A stretch of DNA of 63,653 nt, counting the filler, from Octopus bimaculoides (lineage: Eukaryota): the NCBI RefSeq assembly GCF_001194135.2. It is 7 parts of 7 records of this genome, joined end to end, with 100 filler letters (N's around TTAATTAATTAA, not from the genome) between each part and the next. Parts side by side here need not be neighbours in the genome. Positions count along the whole stretch, not along the records: positions 62,564 to 63,653 come from NW_026379493.1; 6 more parts are not named here. One strand, written 5' to 3'. The notes beneath the pieces are model-generated. The model ran no database searches, was not told the origin of the DNA, and saw only the letters and a program-made list of their open reading frames with translations. Made by a program: the position numbers and the translations under genes. Of the stretch, positions 62,652 through 63,653 are shown piece after piece. Every line of letters begins with the position of its first letter. Positions within the stretch are counted from its first letter, which is position 1.

Positions 62652-63256
62652 AAATTGTTGGTAAAAGTCACTTTGTCTGTTACATGGTGGTCTAGGTTTC
62701 AATTCCTACCCAGTTTGAAATTATTTTTTTTTTATTAATGTAAATTGGCAACCCTTTATATTGATCTTTAGCCAAGATAGGTTTAAATATGTCATTTTTT
62801 AATGAAATTTCTGTTGGTGTCTTCGTGGTCTTGTGGGTAAAGTCATATGTAAACACCAATAACCTCCTGGGCAGGGTTCGATATCACCCAGGGCTTGCAC
62901 TAAGAGGTCTTACGAAAATTTTTCACTTTTTTTTTTTATTTCTAGGGAAAAAATGAAAATAAGACACCCTATAATACCTGGAACAGATTTGAAACCCTCA
63001 CCACTGTGCTATGTTACTACTTCTAAACACCTCTACCTATGAGGCCACCGAAGCAGCAACAATATTAACATGAAAATTAGGATATTTAAAGTTATTTCAA
63101 TTTTTTGTAATTAAGGGAAACCTATGAAATTTGGTAACACACACACACACACATAATACAACTTAAGTTAATAAAAAAAAATTATAATTTTAAACTGGGT
63201 AGGAATTGAAACCTAAACCCCCATTTAACAGACAAAGTGACTTTTACCAACAATTT
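62652..63256. mobile_element. About 600-bp fold-back element with about 85-bp highly similar outer inverted repeats
   Basis: 62652-62737 is about 90% identical to rc of 63168-63256; weaker symmetry continues to the centre near 62943. Confidence 0.8.
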
Positions 63257-63653
63257 CAATGTTAAAATTTAGATATTTAAATATTTTCTTTATTGGTAAG
63301 ACTGTTGTTGTTGCTGTTTGTTCCTTCTGAAGCCATGTCTGGTTCATAATGGCCGGTTTCCTGGTTTCATTAGCATTTGGGTTACCCACCTGGATGGGAC
63401 GTTGGTCCATCACAGGTGTGCTGCTAGATGTAGGAGGAAAGATTAAGAAAAAGTTCGTTGTGAAAAAAGTCAGCAGAAGTTCACCATTACCTTCTGCCAG
63501 AGCTTAGGTGTTTCGCTCATAAACACACATATTGCCCAGTCTGAGATTTGAACCGCGATCTTTCAACCCAACAGAAATATAGTTAGAAAATGAGGGTTTT
63601 TTAAAACTTATCATAGCCTGATGATCAATAATCAGTCACAGAAATAGGTTTTA

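Noticed and set aside
1-63653. CRISPR array, rRNA or genuine tRNA genes
   Set aside because: There is no repeat-spacer periodicity and no rRNA similarity; the tRNA-like sequences are SINE heads without complete cloverleafs.

Overview
AT-rich, microsatellite-dense metazoan scaffold segment with about 4.9 kb of N gaps. The repeat repertoire (tRNA-headed CORE-like and Nin/Deu-like SINEs, a SINE with an internal TA/TG microsatellite, RTE, R4/Dong-like RLE, Penelope and L1/Tx1 relics) resembles a coleoid cephalopod such as Octopus; that assignment is an inference. No complete host gene is visible, only one candidate 64-nt exon at 49794-49857. Almost all listed ORFs are microsatellite, gap or TE artefacts. 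The main signal is a set of short non-coding elements carrying type I hammerhead ribozyme (HHR) motifs, mostly next to (TA)n/(TG)n tracts. Two have a complete catalytic core (37248-37316 and 41489-41533, both minus strand). One has a single core substitution (32348-32385), one is cut by a gap and sits behind a tRNA-like head (50483-50669), and several are degenerate. Two long fold-back palindromes (31901-32126, 38727-39040) are centred on HHR sequence. Penelope RT and GIY-YIG relics in the same window are the plausible autonomous partners. Other notable items are seven RLE-LINE 3' fragments (several tied to (TAA)n), an RTE copy with a twin-priming-like 5' inversion, an L1/Tx1-type ORF1, a mariner relic and MITE, a Helitron helicase motif, and a 600-bp fold-back with inward-facing tRNA-like heads. 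TE and SINE boundaries are approximate; all folds were done by hand.
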